From Spirochaetia bacterium (GTDB lineage: Bacteria > Spirochaetota > Spirochaetia > CADAEX01), in the NCBI GenBank assembly GCA_963662795.1, contig OY759746.1, positions 416,001 to 480,000 on the forward strand: DNA of 64,000 nt. The letters run 5' to 3'. Below are positions 53,539 through 64,000 of the stretch, piece by piece (the first letter of the stretch is position 1; every line of letters starts with the position of its first letter). Both the position numbers and the translations under genes were made by a program. The notes under the pieces were generated by a model. That model made no database searches. It saw nothing but the letters and a program-made list of their open reading frames with translations, and had not been told where the DNA came from.

Positions 53539-56423
53539 GGGTTTGCTGAAAAACAATTAAGAATTTACATAGAAAAGAATTAGTGGTAAAATTCCCTCTG
53601 TAGAAGTGCACGAAAAAAGCTTGAAAAAGACAAAACCCCGTGCACCTCGGAGAATGTGATGTATAGACTTGATGATAAAAAGCAGCTGGAGCTGGAAGAT
53701 TTTATATTGCCTTTCGGTGGAAAGCTTAATAGAAAGAACCGTTGGATCCTGCTATCGAGATTGATCCCGTGGGAAGAGTTTGAAGAAGAATATGCGCAAC
53801 AATTTTCTGACAGCGATGAAGACGGGGCACCTGCAAAACCGTTTCGAATGGCATTGGGCGCATTAATAATCAAGGAGAAAATGAATCTTACCGACCACGA
53901 AACGGTTGAGCAGATTAGAGAAAATCCATATTTACAGTACCTGATAGGTAAAGAAAGCTTTAGTGATGAAGAACTGTTTGATTCATCAATGATGGTTCAT
54001 TTCAGGAAAAGAATAACCGGTGAAATGCTTACCGTGATAAATGAACGCTTATATGTGGAAGAGGTAAAAAAAAAACGAGAAATTGAAAAAGAAACTGAAG
54101 AGAAAGAAAAAGCTGAGATAGAAAACAGCGGCAAGCTGCTTGTAGATGCGACCTGCACACCAGCTGATATTAGTTATCCGACGGATATTTCACTACTCAA
54201 TGAAGCCCGGGAAAAAACTGAAAAAATAATAGATATACTGCATGAACCGCTTAAAGGGAAGGAAAAGAAGGTAAGAACACACCGGCAAATAGCGAGATAA
54301 GGAATATTTGAAGGTATCAAAGAAAAGAAAGCCCGGCAGCAAAAGGATTGGAAAAGGTATAAAGAAACAGCTGCAGTATCTGAACCGTAATTTGAATTAT
54401 ATCAATGAACATAGGTGACTAAAACAATCATAACAGCTCCAGTTGAATATTAAAACTACTTTTTCTAGTCTGTTCTGATGGCGGTTTATTGAGAACAGTC
54501 CAGATATCTTTTCTTGATGTCAGTATTACAGGAATCAATTTCATCAGTGAAAAATGAGTCCATTTTCTACATGAAAACATTTTAAGGAACTGAAGTAACA
54601 GAAAAGCAATTAGGGCAATCCAGATTTGTGTCATTACAGCATTTCTGGAAGTACCAAAGAATTTCTTGATCTTGAGGTTCTGTTTGATAGTTTTAAAAAA
54701 TATTTCAATCTGCCATCTGTCTTTGTAAACAGCAGCAATTGTTGTTGGAGACCAAAGGAAATTATTGGTAAGAATTACAATATATTTACCGGTTTCAGGA
54801 TCTCTGCTTCTGATTCGTCTTAATTTTAACGGGCATTTTTTACTGGTGTAAAATCCTTTCATTTCTATGATCTGATCAGATGTAATATTTTTAAAGGAGG
54901 AGGTATCTTTTCTCTGGACAATTTTATAATCAGCATTCTTTTTTAACCTGGTAACAAAATAAATACCGGTATTACAATAATTTGCGAATAATTTAAAGTC
55001 AGTATAACCACGATCAAACGTGATGACATCGCCTTTGTTGAAAGCCATTTTTTTCAAGGAATTGACTTCATGTGTTTTTGCAGTTGTAACTGATACAAAA
55101 GCTGGAATATATCCACTATGGTCAAGTTTTACATTAAGTTTTATTCCGCCTTTATATTTTCTGAAATTTGCCCATGGAAAGAGATTTAAACACAAGTCAA
55201 TAGTTGATGCATCAACACTGTAAAGAGGATTTTTAAATTTATGTTTATGCGCTCTCTTCATGGATAATATCTTATCAAGAAGATCAGTGAAAACATTTTC
55301 ATAAACTTCACAGCTTCTATTATTATTTGCGTAAGATAATGTAGAGCGTTTTACCTTTTTTACACCCATATGATAAAGGTGGTTACTGATTGATTCAAAA
55401 GAGTTTTCAATGCCTCTTAACCCGGTCTGTCCTGAAAGTTGTGCAAAGAGCATGGAGACAAAATGCTGCCAACAGGTAAAACCTTTGGAAGCGAAGTCGC
55501 CATTATGCTTTTTTACAGATTTTTCAAATTCATGTCTCGGAATTATTTGTAGAATTTGTTTTAAAATGGTATTATTGTAACTCATTGCCTGATTTCCTTT
55601 TCCTGTAAAGAATTAGCCGTCCAAGCTTAATTCATTATAGTTGGGATTTCAGGCAATTAATAGTCCTTGTTTTGGACACCTATGATCAATGAATTAAAAT
55701 CAAAAACGCCGTTAACCGAGGTGAATGGAAAGCTGTATAAGGATTTATTGGTTGTATCAGAATTATATCGCCAACAGAAAGAAATGTACGATGAGAATAA
55801 GCGCAGTATAGAGGGCCGTATCGTAAGCATAAGCCAACCGCAGGTGAGACCTATAGTCAGGGGAAAGGCCAAGGCCGCTGTAGAGTTTGGAGCCAAGATA
55901 TCAGTTTCGCTTGTTGACGGTTATACCTTTCTGGAGAAACTCAGCTGGGAAGCATACAATGAATCAAATGATTTAATTTCACATATTGGGAAGTATAAAG
56001 AAAGATTTGGATATTATCCGGAATCGGTACATGCAGATGGTATTTATCGTAATCGAGACAATCTAAAATATTGCAGGAAAAAGAAAATACGGCTATCCGG
56101 CTCCCCATTGGGGCGGCCGCCGAAAGACATTGAAGTATATAAATCGATAATGAAGCATGCGCGAGAAGATGAAATTGCCCGGATTCCCATTGAAGGTGTA
56201 TTTGGAACTGCAAAGCGTCGATACGGTTTAGCTCGTGTAAAAATGAAATTACAGGAAACTAGCGAAACTGAAATAAGCATGACAATTCTATTGATGAATC
56301 TTGAGAAGACACTAAAGCGTCTTCTTTTGCCCTTTTTCAGGTTCAAAATACAGGCTGGTATTTTGGAGTTTCTCCAACCAAAATACTATCAAGAAGCAGC
56401 TTGATGGGTTTTTCAGCAAGCGC
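53539..56423 (+). mobile_element. IS5-family element (transposase split by IS4), inserted in the IR of IS66-B
   Basis: IRs GGGTTTGCTGAAAAAC / GTTTTTCAGCAAGCGC, (T/G)AATTA duplication; ENPYLQY, DATC, VEFGAK, IEG.FG. Confidence 0.88.
54410..55684 (-). mobile_element. IS4-family element, apparently intact (transposase 54428-55585)
   Basis: IR CATAGGTG.C.AAAACAA, perfect 9-bp duplication ATCAATGAA; DAS, FDRGY, YKDRWQIEIFFK (YREK motif). Confidence 0.93.
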
Positions 56424-56444
56424 GAATTAAACCGCGTATCCTTT

Positions 56445-58019
56445 TTAAATATGAATGTTCCAAGGAAGAAGAGCTTCCATATCCGATTGGTCATCCAACT
56501 CGATTAATGGAAGCATTTCAAAAAGGTGGTAGAGATAATCCTGGGGCTCTAATTGATTAGCCTTTGCCGTTTCAATAAGGCTATAAAGTACAGCGCTGGC
56601 ATGAGCACCTTTGGGCGTATCAAAAAAAATCCAGTTTTTTCGTCCAATTACGAATGGCCGAATCGAATTCTCCGCCAAATTGTTGTCAGGAGTTACATAG
56701 ACATATTTCAAGTACCGGACCAATTTCTTATATTCATTGAGTGTATAATTTACGGCTTCTCCCAGCTTTGTTTTAGGAGGAATTGAAATCTCCCATTTCT
56801 TGAGGAGTTGATGGAATTCCTGCCAGAGAGGAATTACCTGTTTTCTACGCTCGGCAACAAAGAGTTCGTCATCAAGATGTTCTGCTCTGAGAGTTTTCTC
56901 TGCTTGATAGATTTTCTGGATAATCTTCAGAGCTTTATCAGCATTGCCTTCACCCTTTGTTATGGCAGCTGCTTCAAAGAATTTTCTTCGGGCATGGGCC
57001 AGGCACCCAACATGATAGAGTTTATATTCTTTGGAGGCTCTGTTATATCCGACATATCCATCTGTCTGGAGAACTCCTTTGAATCCATCCAAAAGGGAAA
57101 GAGGGATTTCTTCTCTTCTGGTCTGAGAGTAATTGAAAAGGACAATCTTCCGGTTCTGATCAGAACCGACGGTTACCCACATAAAGGATTTGTTTTCCGG
57201 TTTCCGGCCGGGTTCCTTTAAGACCTGAACAGTCGTTTCGTCCATATTTATAAGAGGACCTTCACGGGTTTTCTGCCGCATCAGTTCGATCAGAGGTTCA
57301 CAGGCTAAAGCAGCTTTGATTGCCCAGTTAGACATATTTGAACGACTGATTTCGATATCCAATCGTCTGAAAATCCTTTCCATTCGGCAGAAAGGCAGGG
57401 CATCACAGAATTTGCTGACCAGGATATAACTTAACAGACCCGAGGAAGCGATACTTCCGGGAATCAGCCGGGGTGGTACTGGTGCTTTTAGAATTACCGG
57501 GAGTGTCTCATCGTTCTGAAACTCCTCACATTTACAGGGACCATATTTAAGACGAACATGTTTTTTAACAATGATTTTCGCCGGAATAAACTGCAGTTCT
57601 TCCGATTCTTCTCTGCCGATTTCCAGCCTGTCGTTTCCGCAGCAGGGACAGGCTCTTTCTTCCGCCGGCAGTTCATAAATTATTTCTTCCCTGGGAATAT
57701 CCGCGGGAAGTGGTTTTCTTCCTGCTTTTCTTCGGGGATAGGTTTTGATTTCTTCCTGCTCCGGAGAAGATTCTGGTCCCTCAATAGTAGTTGCTGTTTC
57801 TTCGGCTTCATTGAACAGAACCATCTGCTGTTTATCTTCGGGTGTCCATTTCTCGCTGGTTCTGACGTATTTCAGTCTTTTCAGAAGAGCCACTTCTTCC
57901 CAGAGGGTATGAATAACAGACTCTTGTTGCTTCTGTTTTTCCTGGAGGTCCAGAATGAGTTCTTTCAGCTGAGTGACATCATTCGGCAATGATGATAATT
58001 TATTCGCTCCGCTAATCAT
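56445..58019 (-). CDS. tnpC: IS66 transposase TnpC
   Basis: MDETTVQVL, QTDGY, CLAHARRKF, DNNLAENSIRP..GRKNW. Confidence 0.93.
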   Translation of the reverse strand: MISGANKLSSLPNDVTQLKELILDLQEKQKQQESVIHTLWEEVALLKRLKYVRTSEKWTPEDKQQMVLFNEAEETATTIEGPESSPEQEEIKTYPRRKAGRKPLPADIPREEIIYELPAEERACPCCGNDRLEIGREESEELQFIPAKIIVKKHVRLKYGPCKCEEFQNDETLPVILKAPVPPRLIPGSIASSGLLSYILVSKFCDALPFCRMERIFRRLDIEISRSNMSNWAIKAALACEPLIELMRQKTREGPLINMDETTVQVLKEPGRKPENKSFMWVTVGSDQNRKIVLFNYSQTRREEIPLSLLDGFKGVLQTDGYVGYNRASKEYKLYHVGCLAHARRKFFEAAAITKGEGNADKALKIIQKIYQAEKTLRAEHLDDELFVAERRKQVIPLWQEFHQLLKKWEISIPPKTKLGEAVNYTLNEYKKLVRYLKYVYVTPDNNLAENSIRPFVIGRKNWIFFDTPKGAHASAVLYSLIETAKANQLEPQDYLYHLFEMLPLIELDDQSDMEALLPWNIHI

Positions 58020-58064
58020 GTGGATTAGCCTACCAGAAGAAGGAATATATTAATAGTGGTTTCA

Positions 58065-58412
58065 TCAGGAAACAGAAGAATAATTCAACTGTTTATGGGC
58101 ATGCCAGAAGTCGATTCCCTGTAAAAGCATCTGCAATTGTTTAAGGGATATTTCTTTAACATTTTCTTCTGTGACAGGCCAAGGAAAACGATCCTTCTCC
58201 AGTCGTTTGTACCACATGCAAAATCCGTTTCTATCCCAATACAGAACTTTTAAAAGCCATCTCTGTTTATTACAGAAAAGAAACAGAGAACCGGAAAATG
58301 GATCTTGTCCCAGATCTTCTTTGACTATCACAGATAATCCGTTTATCTGTTTCCGCATATCTGTTACCCCGGGCCTGACAAAAATATTTAAATGGGAAAG
58401 GTCAAGGATCAT
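58065..58412 (-). CDS. tnpB: IS66 accessory protein TnpB
   Basis: TDMRK.INGL, DPFSG.LFLFCN, YWDRNGF..WYKRLE. Confidence 0.93.
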   Translation of the reverse strand: MILDLSHLNIFVRPGVTDMRKQINGLSVIVKEDLGQDPFSGSLFLFCNKQRWLLKVLYWDRNGFCMWYKRLEKDRFPWPVTEENVKEISLKQLQMLLQGIDFWHAHKQLNYSSVS

Positions 58413-58526
58413 GATACTTTTCTTAAGGTGTTTAATAATCGAATTAAAGTACTTTCATCAAAATCAGAAGGAACAATAATTCTGGCATCCCCGATAAATA
58501 CTTCGATTGAACCCAACCCAGGTTTT

Positions 58527-60148
58527 CGGAATATGTCAACATAGATGAAGAATGATCTTTGAAATAATTAAGCGGCGGTAGCCCCTTTTTGAGACTTACT
58601 CTTAATCATAGTATCAGCAGATGGATTCAAGTATACAACATGCTCTTTGGGCAGCATTTTAACATGTTTACTCCATCTCAAAGGATTCTTTTTGTATGCC
58701 TTCATCATAGTTTTATTTCGTTTTGTCGCGATCTCTTTGTATTCGCCATTTCTCATCTGTATGGGTGTAATAAAGTTTATTCCTGAGTGACTATGACTGG
58801 TATTATAGAAATCAACAAATGTCGAAAACCATGTTCTTGCCTCTGAAAGTATTTTGAACTTGCCAGGATACGAAACATGATATTTTAAGGTTTTAAACCA
58901 TGATTCAATGAATGGATTGTCATCACTGACTCTTGGCCTGGAATAACTATTACAAATACCAAGATCATAGAATAGAGCCAGTAATGAGATACCTTTCATG
59001 GGATTTCCATTATCAGAATGAACAAAGACATCAGCATAGTTGTTTTCCTTCAGGGCGGCATCAAAAAGTTCTTCTGATAGAGAATCATCCTCTCTATCAT
59101 GAATAGCCCATTTGACGATGCTTCTATCCCAGATATCAATGATGACATATGCGTAGTAGAAGAGGCCTCTGACATTTGTTGGCAACCAGGTTATATCCCA
59201 GCACCAAACCTGATTAGGTCCAGCTGCGACTCTTTCTGGTGGCTTATTATGACTTGTCCCAGGCCTCGTGTTTCCTCGATGATGAATAAGTCTGTTTTTC
59301 TTTAATACTCTATAAAAGGAGCTAACACTGGCAATATAAATGCCTTTACTAAGAAGAGATGCATGAATTTTGTATGGATTATCATCCTTATATTCAATGC
59401 TGCAACTAATTTCGATAATTTTGGCCTCTTCTTCTTTTGATAATTTTCTGGCCACTACTTTTGAACAGTCCTTGCGATTATCAGAAAGATTACCACGTCG
59501 CCATCTTTCAAAAGTGCTGGTTGAAATTTCAAGAGCTTCACAAGCTTTATGAATTCGGGCTCCTGCAGCAGATGCTTCTTTTATCAATTTAACTGCTTCC
59601 TGCCGCATATCCATCGGAATCAGTCGTCCTCTTCGTCCCCCCAAAGAGCTTCTGCTTTTTTTTTAAGAGTATAGAGTGCAGCCATTTCAGCAAGAGCTTT
59701 TTCTTTTTTATTCAGCTCTTTTTGCAGTCGTTTATTTTCTTTCTGGAGATTTTTGATTTTCTGTTTTTCTTTGTGACCTTTATCTTCTACCATGTCTCGC
59801 AGTTCCTGTTTATATTGAGTGATATGTTCAGTGTGCAGACCTTTTTCACGAAGCCATTTCCCCTGATCCTCATTTTTAACAGAACCGGATTCTATAACCA
59901 GATTCAATTTTTCTCGAGGTGACCGATCGGCACTACTTACAGTATTCAGACTATCAAGTGTACCTTCTTTTGCTTTATTCAACCAGTTCCGTAATGTCTG
60001 ATCAGAGACTCCAGATTCAATTGCTATCACATAAGCGGATTTTCCATCTGATTCGAGTACTTTTCTTACTGTTGATTCTTTAAATCCTAAACTGTATCTC
60101 ATAATTGAAACCTCCATATTGGTGCTTTAACTATGTTGACACATAGGG
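58527..60148 (-). mobile_element. IS3-family element, copy 2, intact (orfA 59620-60117, orfB 58568-59644)
   Basis: Near-identical to 35722-37343; TTTT(C) target duplication. Confidence 0.93.
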
Positions 60149-60249
60149 TTTTCCGGAAGTCATATCCCTGATATTTAGCTTTAGCAAATTTTTAGTATTG
60201 GGAATATCCTGTTTCTGTATTTTTATTCGCCATTGCCTGAAGCTCCAGT

Positions 60250-61529
60250 TAAACTGCGCCCTTTTGTCAACACACTTTTGACAAGTGTTTAAGGTGTATC
60301 ACGCCGCCTGTTCTGCCAGGCTGACAGCCTGAAATGATTCATGTATTTCATCAGGAGTCCTGTATTCAAGACTCTGGTGGAAACGCCTGGTGTTAGAAAA
60401 ATTAAAATATTGCGTTACTCCTTCCTTAAGTTCTTTAACTGTTTCATAATGTTTTATATAAATATCTTCGTACTTGAGTGATCTCCAGAGCCTTTCGACA
60501 AAAATATTATCAGGCGCACGGTTTTTCCCGTCCATGCTTATTCTTATGCCATAATCATGCAGTACTTCTGTCCAGCAGGGTGAAGTAAATTGGCAGCCCT
60601 GATCAGTGTTGAAAATTGCAGCCACTCCATACTTTTCAATTGTTTCATGTAAGCAGTTTGCAAATATTGGCGCATCAAGTGTATTGGTTATTATCCAGTT
60701 AAGCACTTTGCGTGAATAAAGATCTATTACCGCCATCAGGTACACATGCCCTGATGGCAGTTTGATATAAGTCAAATCAGCAGCCCAGACCTGATTCGGG
60801 TATCTTATTATTTCCCCTTCAAGCAGATACGGATACTTCTTGCTTTCCTGCCTTGCTTTTGAAAGATTCTCTCCGGGAAATATTGCCATAAGCCCTGCTT
60901 TTCTCATGATTCTGCGTATCTGTTTCCGGGATACACTTAAGCCTTTACTATTGATCTCAAGAGCTATTTTTCTATAGCCATAAAATGGCAGGAGAATTAA
61001 TGTTTCCCTTATCTTTTTAAGTATCTCAATATCATTTTTCTCAATTTTCCTCCTGCTTTTGTAATATGCTGTACTTCGTAAAATAATCAGTGCCTTGCCT
61101 TGTTTTTTTACACTCATGTTTTCATATGCCTTTTCAATCAGAAGGGATCGTTTCCGTATAGTTGTTTGTACTTCTTTTTTAGGAATTCATTTCCGATCTT
61201 CATCTTTCCGAGCGTTTTGAGTGCATCATCGTACTTCTCCTCGGCTTCGCGCTCTGAATCGCTTTTTTTATTGGGCCTTTCAAAGATATCCGGCAGGTTC
61301 TCTATTGCCTGCTTTTTCCATAGGCTGATCTGGTTTGGATGTACGTCATATTTTTTCGCAATTTCCTGTAAGGTTAGTTCCTCTCGAAGTGCATCCAGAG
61401 TTACTTTTGCCTTGAATGCCTTGTCAAATCTTTGTCTTTTTTTCATTGTGTTTTCCGCTCCTTAAATTATAGCGGGTTTTACACCTTAATCATACAGTTT
61501 TTTATGTCTTGTTTTCTGGGCTCATTATA
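60250..61529 (-). mobile_element. IS3-family element (orfA 61138-61446, orfB 60299-61117)
   Basis: Imperfect IRs TAAACTGCGCCC / TATAATGAGCCC, AGT duplication; WAADLTY, NTDQGCQF, VERLWRSLKYE. Confidence 0.88.
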
Positions 61530-61932
61530 AGTAGCTCAGGTTTTCTGCTCGGCAGAACTCCGTCATGGAAAGTTGACTCAGTTTCCATTTTTCTATTTCT
61601 TTTTCCCAGCTTTCTTTGGTCATATGACCTCCTTGCTGGAAAAAAATACAATTTCTAATCAGAGTCAGATAGATGCTGGAGAATTAACGCTTACTTTCTT
61701 TTTTAAGGGGTGGTGAAGTTGACGCTTACTTTAAAATTATATACTTGGCGGTAAAGCAGGCTTCAAAGAAATGGAGCATGCCTCTCCGTGAATGGAAACC
61801 AGCGATGAACCAATTTTTATTGGAATATGGAGAGCGGTTTTCTGATGAATAAAAAAGTCAGTTACACAGAATTATTTACAGGCTCCTGCTTTCTCATTAG
61901 ATTTACGGAGTCCAAAAATTTTACAGGCTCAG

Positions 61933-63735
61933 TTAATATGGAATTGATAAAATAATTTTAGTTCCCACTCCAATTTTACTTATTATCTCAATAGTGCCAT
62001 TAATTTTCAACATAATATCTTTAACAATAGAAAGCCCTAATCCTTTATTGTTAGTATTCTTATGTTTTGTAGAAAAGAAAGGATCAAATACTTTCTTAAT
62101 ATTTTTTTGATTAATTCCGGATCCATTATCAATTATAGTTATATTTAAAATATTTTTTAAATTATAGCAATCAATTTCGAGTAATCCTCCACTTTCCATT
62201 GCTTCAATACTATTAATTGAAATATTATATAGCACTTGCATAATAAGAATATAATTTAAGCTATATATTTTCTTAAAAGGATACTTAATCTCACATTTTA
62301 TATTTTTTTCATTAACATATGGTTCAATTTTATCCAATAAAGTCTTCATCAATTGCCGGATATCAACCCGAATGTTTAGTTTTTTATTATCTGTATACAA
62401 TTGAATAAAATTAATAATTGCTTTTTGCAAGCGTAATATTTCATTTTCAATCTGACATATATGACTTCTTTTATGAATTTCTTCTTCTGTAGATTTTTCC
62501 AATAATTTTAAATAATTCAAAATAATATTTGACGAATTACTAATCTCATGATTGAGTTTTTGTATAAAAATATCATTATATTCACTATATTTTTTATTGA
62601 TATTATATTTTTTTCCATTCATAAACAAAAATAATATATTTCCAGTATTATCTGCATATTTAAAATACTTATTTGTTAATGAAATAATTTCAATGTGACA
62701 TTCTTTTTCATCAGGGAAAATACTTGGTTTAACATCTTTAATTGTCCTATAATTCACCTTTTCAAATAAATTATTTAAATCAATGTTAAGTTTTTTTATA
62801 TCCAACAAATCAACAATATTCTTTCCTGAAATTGTATCTTTTGATAAATTTATTTTATATAAAAAATATTTATTTACAAAAATAATTTTAAACATTGAAT
62901 TTGTTACAAGCATAGGTATATCAATATTTTCTAAAATAGTACTCATAAAGATATTTTCTTCAAATAACTGATTGTTGTGTTCCTCCAGAGTTGATCTACT
63001 AATTAAAGAAGAAAAATAATTTTTCACAAAATCTTCTTTGTTGATTTCATATTGCACCAATTGCTTGGTCACATCTATTATTTTCCCATCATCTAAAATA
63101 AATATTTTTGAAGCGAATTTACTGATTTTATTATCTATTTCAGTTGCAAAATATAATATTGAAATACCTTTATCCCTTAATAGGGATAATAAAAAATATA
63201 ATTTTTCGATCTCATCTGTGTTTAACCTATCTGTCGGATAATTAAAAATTAATAATTTAGGTGAAAAATAAAATACTTTACCTAATTCCAGGAACAATCT
63301 ATCAACTCTGTTATACTTATATATTTTTTCATCCAAATTAAATGAAAGTTTTAAGTGATTGAATATATCGAGTATTTTTTTTTTTGCTTTTTTTATTGAT
63401 GGCAGCAATATTTTTATATTATTACTTATTGTATAGTTTTCTATTATATTTAGATTATCAATTAATCCTGATTCTGAAAATATTGCAGATATTCCAAGGC
63501 GAATTGCTTTTTTAGGTGTTAATTTTTGTATTTTTTTATTTAATATAAAAATATCCCCTGTGTAATTGTGACTCATCCCATAAATTATTCTGGACAATAC
63601 CGATGTACCTGAATCACGTTTTCCCACTATAACTGCTATTTCATCCGGATAAATTGTTAGATTTATATTTTTAATAATATTATTTGTTTTTGTCGTATAT
63701 ATATTTTTCAGTTTTAAAATACTACTCATAATCAT
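61933..63735 (-). CDS. Histidine kinase with an N-terminal degenerate ABC-ATPase domain and a PAS-like domain
   Basis: RbsA/MglA-like N-terminal 215 aa; ILENIDIPMLVTN...IIFVN (PAS); LNHEISN, NISINSIEAM, DNGSGI, FDPFFSTK, GLGL. Confidence 0.85.
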   Translation of the reverse strand: MIMSSILKLKNIYTTKTNNIIKNINLTIYPDEIAVIVGKRDSGTSVLSRIIYGMSHNYTGDIFILNKKIQKLTPKKAIRLGISAIFSESGLIDNLNIIENYTISNNIKILLPSIKKAKKKILDIFNHLKLSFNLDEKIYKYNRVDRLFLELGKVFYFSPKLLIFNYPTDRLNTDEIEKLYFLLSLLRDKGISILYFATEIDNKISKFASKIFILDDGKIIDVTKQLVQYEINKEDFVKNYFSSLISRSTLEEHNNQLFEENIFMSTILENIDIPMLVTNSMFKIIFVNKYFLYKINLSKDTISGKNIVDLLDIKKLNIDLNNLFEKVNYRTIKDVKPSIFPDEKECHIEIISLTNKYFKYADNTGNILFLFMNGKKYNINKKYSEYNDIFIQKLNHEISNSSNIILNYLKLLEKSTEEEIHKRSHICQIENEILRLQKAIINFIQLYTDNKKLNIRVDIRQLMKTLLDKIEPYVNEKNIKCEIKYPFKKIYSLNYILIMQVLYNISINSIEAMESGGLLEIDCYNLKNILNITIIDNGSGINQKNIKKVFDPFFSTKHKNTNNKGLGLSIVKDIMLKINGTIEIISKIGVGTKIILSIPY

Positions 63736-64000
63736 TTATAATAATTACTTATGTTAAGTTCTTTTATCCTTGTGTACAATGTTTTTCTGCTTATTTTCAA
63801 AAGTTTTGCAGCTTTTTCTTTGTTTCCTTCACTTTTTGTAAGAGCTTCAATAATTATTTTCTTCATAAATTTTTTATCATAGTCATCAAATGCAATATCA
63901 ATGTTTTGTTTTTGATTACTTTCTGTATCAATATAAACTTCTTTTGAATATTCAATAATTCTATCTGGAAGATTTTCCTCAGTTATTTCCCGATTATCAC
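63732..64000 (-). CDS. C-terminus of a Fis-HTH activator, probably sigma54-dependent NtrC type (partial)
   Basis: EITEENLP ... IIEALTKSEGNKEKAAKLLKISRKTLYTRIK; TGA overlaps the kinase ATG (ATGA). Confidence 0.85.
   Translation of the reverse strand, partial: DNREITEENLPDRIIEYSKEVYIDTESNQKQNIDIAFDDYDKKFMKKIIIEALTKSEGNKEKAAKLLKISRKTLYTRIKELNISNYYK

Larger units (their letters stand above)
58409..61623 (-). pseudogene. tnpA: IS66-B tnpA interrupted by two IS3 elements
   Basis: Removing both IS3 copies restores MTKESW...FCRAENLSYWSFRQW...SGKPGLGSIEV. Confidence 0.75.
53525..61694 (-). mobile_element. IS66 element B inserted near the end of element A
   Basis: GTAAGCGCTAATT / AATTAACGCTTAC ends with TTTCTTT duplication. 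Confidence 0.85.
51317..61729 (-). mobile_element. IS66 element A (tnpC pseudogene 51329-52816, tnpB 52862-53212, tnpA remnant)
   Basis: Ends GTAAGCGTCAA (51317) and TTGACGCTTAC (61729); TnpB motifs DLRK..NGL, YWERNGF.LW.KRLE. Confidence 0.88.
50233..61885 (+). mobile_element. IS256-family element, copy 2, split by nested IS66 (left part 50233-51316, right part 61730-61885)
   Basis: Same IRs as 19707-20825; transposase breaks at IRKII and resumes at FKIIYLAVK. Confidence 0.88.

Overview
This window is bacterial chromosome, most likely from a spirochaete. The 16S rRNA carries GGCGGCGCGTTTTAAGCATGC and CAGCAGCTAAGAATCTTCCGCAATGG, and the spacer holds a single tRNA-Ala. From left to right it contains: (1) the 5' half of an rRNA operon on the minus strand; (2) a FadR-controlled catabolic operon (enolase-superfamily dehydratase, 2-hydroxycarboxylate transporter, LeuCD-like hydro-lyase); (3) a few housekeeping genes; (4) about 28 kb of accessory DNA (about 14.7-42.4 kb) made of two related integrative elements stacked at the 3' end of tRNA-Leu(TAA); (5) an AEC transporter, a 2-hydroxyacid reductase, TatD and a UTRA-GntR/aminotransferase/atypical transaldolase operon; (6) an approximately 12 kb stack of nested insertion sequences; (7) a very AT-rich two-component locus at the right edge. 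The stacked elements carry decayed integron cassettes (attC sites, no intI visible), a TTT-transporter sugar-acid operon with an identifiable operator, and an intact IS110/IS1111-type element inserted in an attC site. The best candidate for an undescribed system is the right-edge histidine kinase. It is fused to a sugar-ABC-ATPase-like domain lacking the catalytic motifs and is translationally coupled to a Fis-type (probably NtrC-like) regulator. All calls come from motif recognition by eye; no database searches were run.
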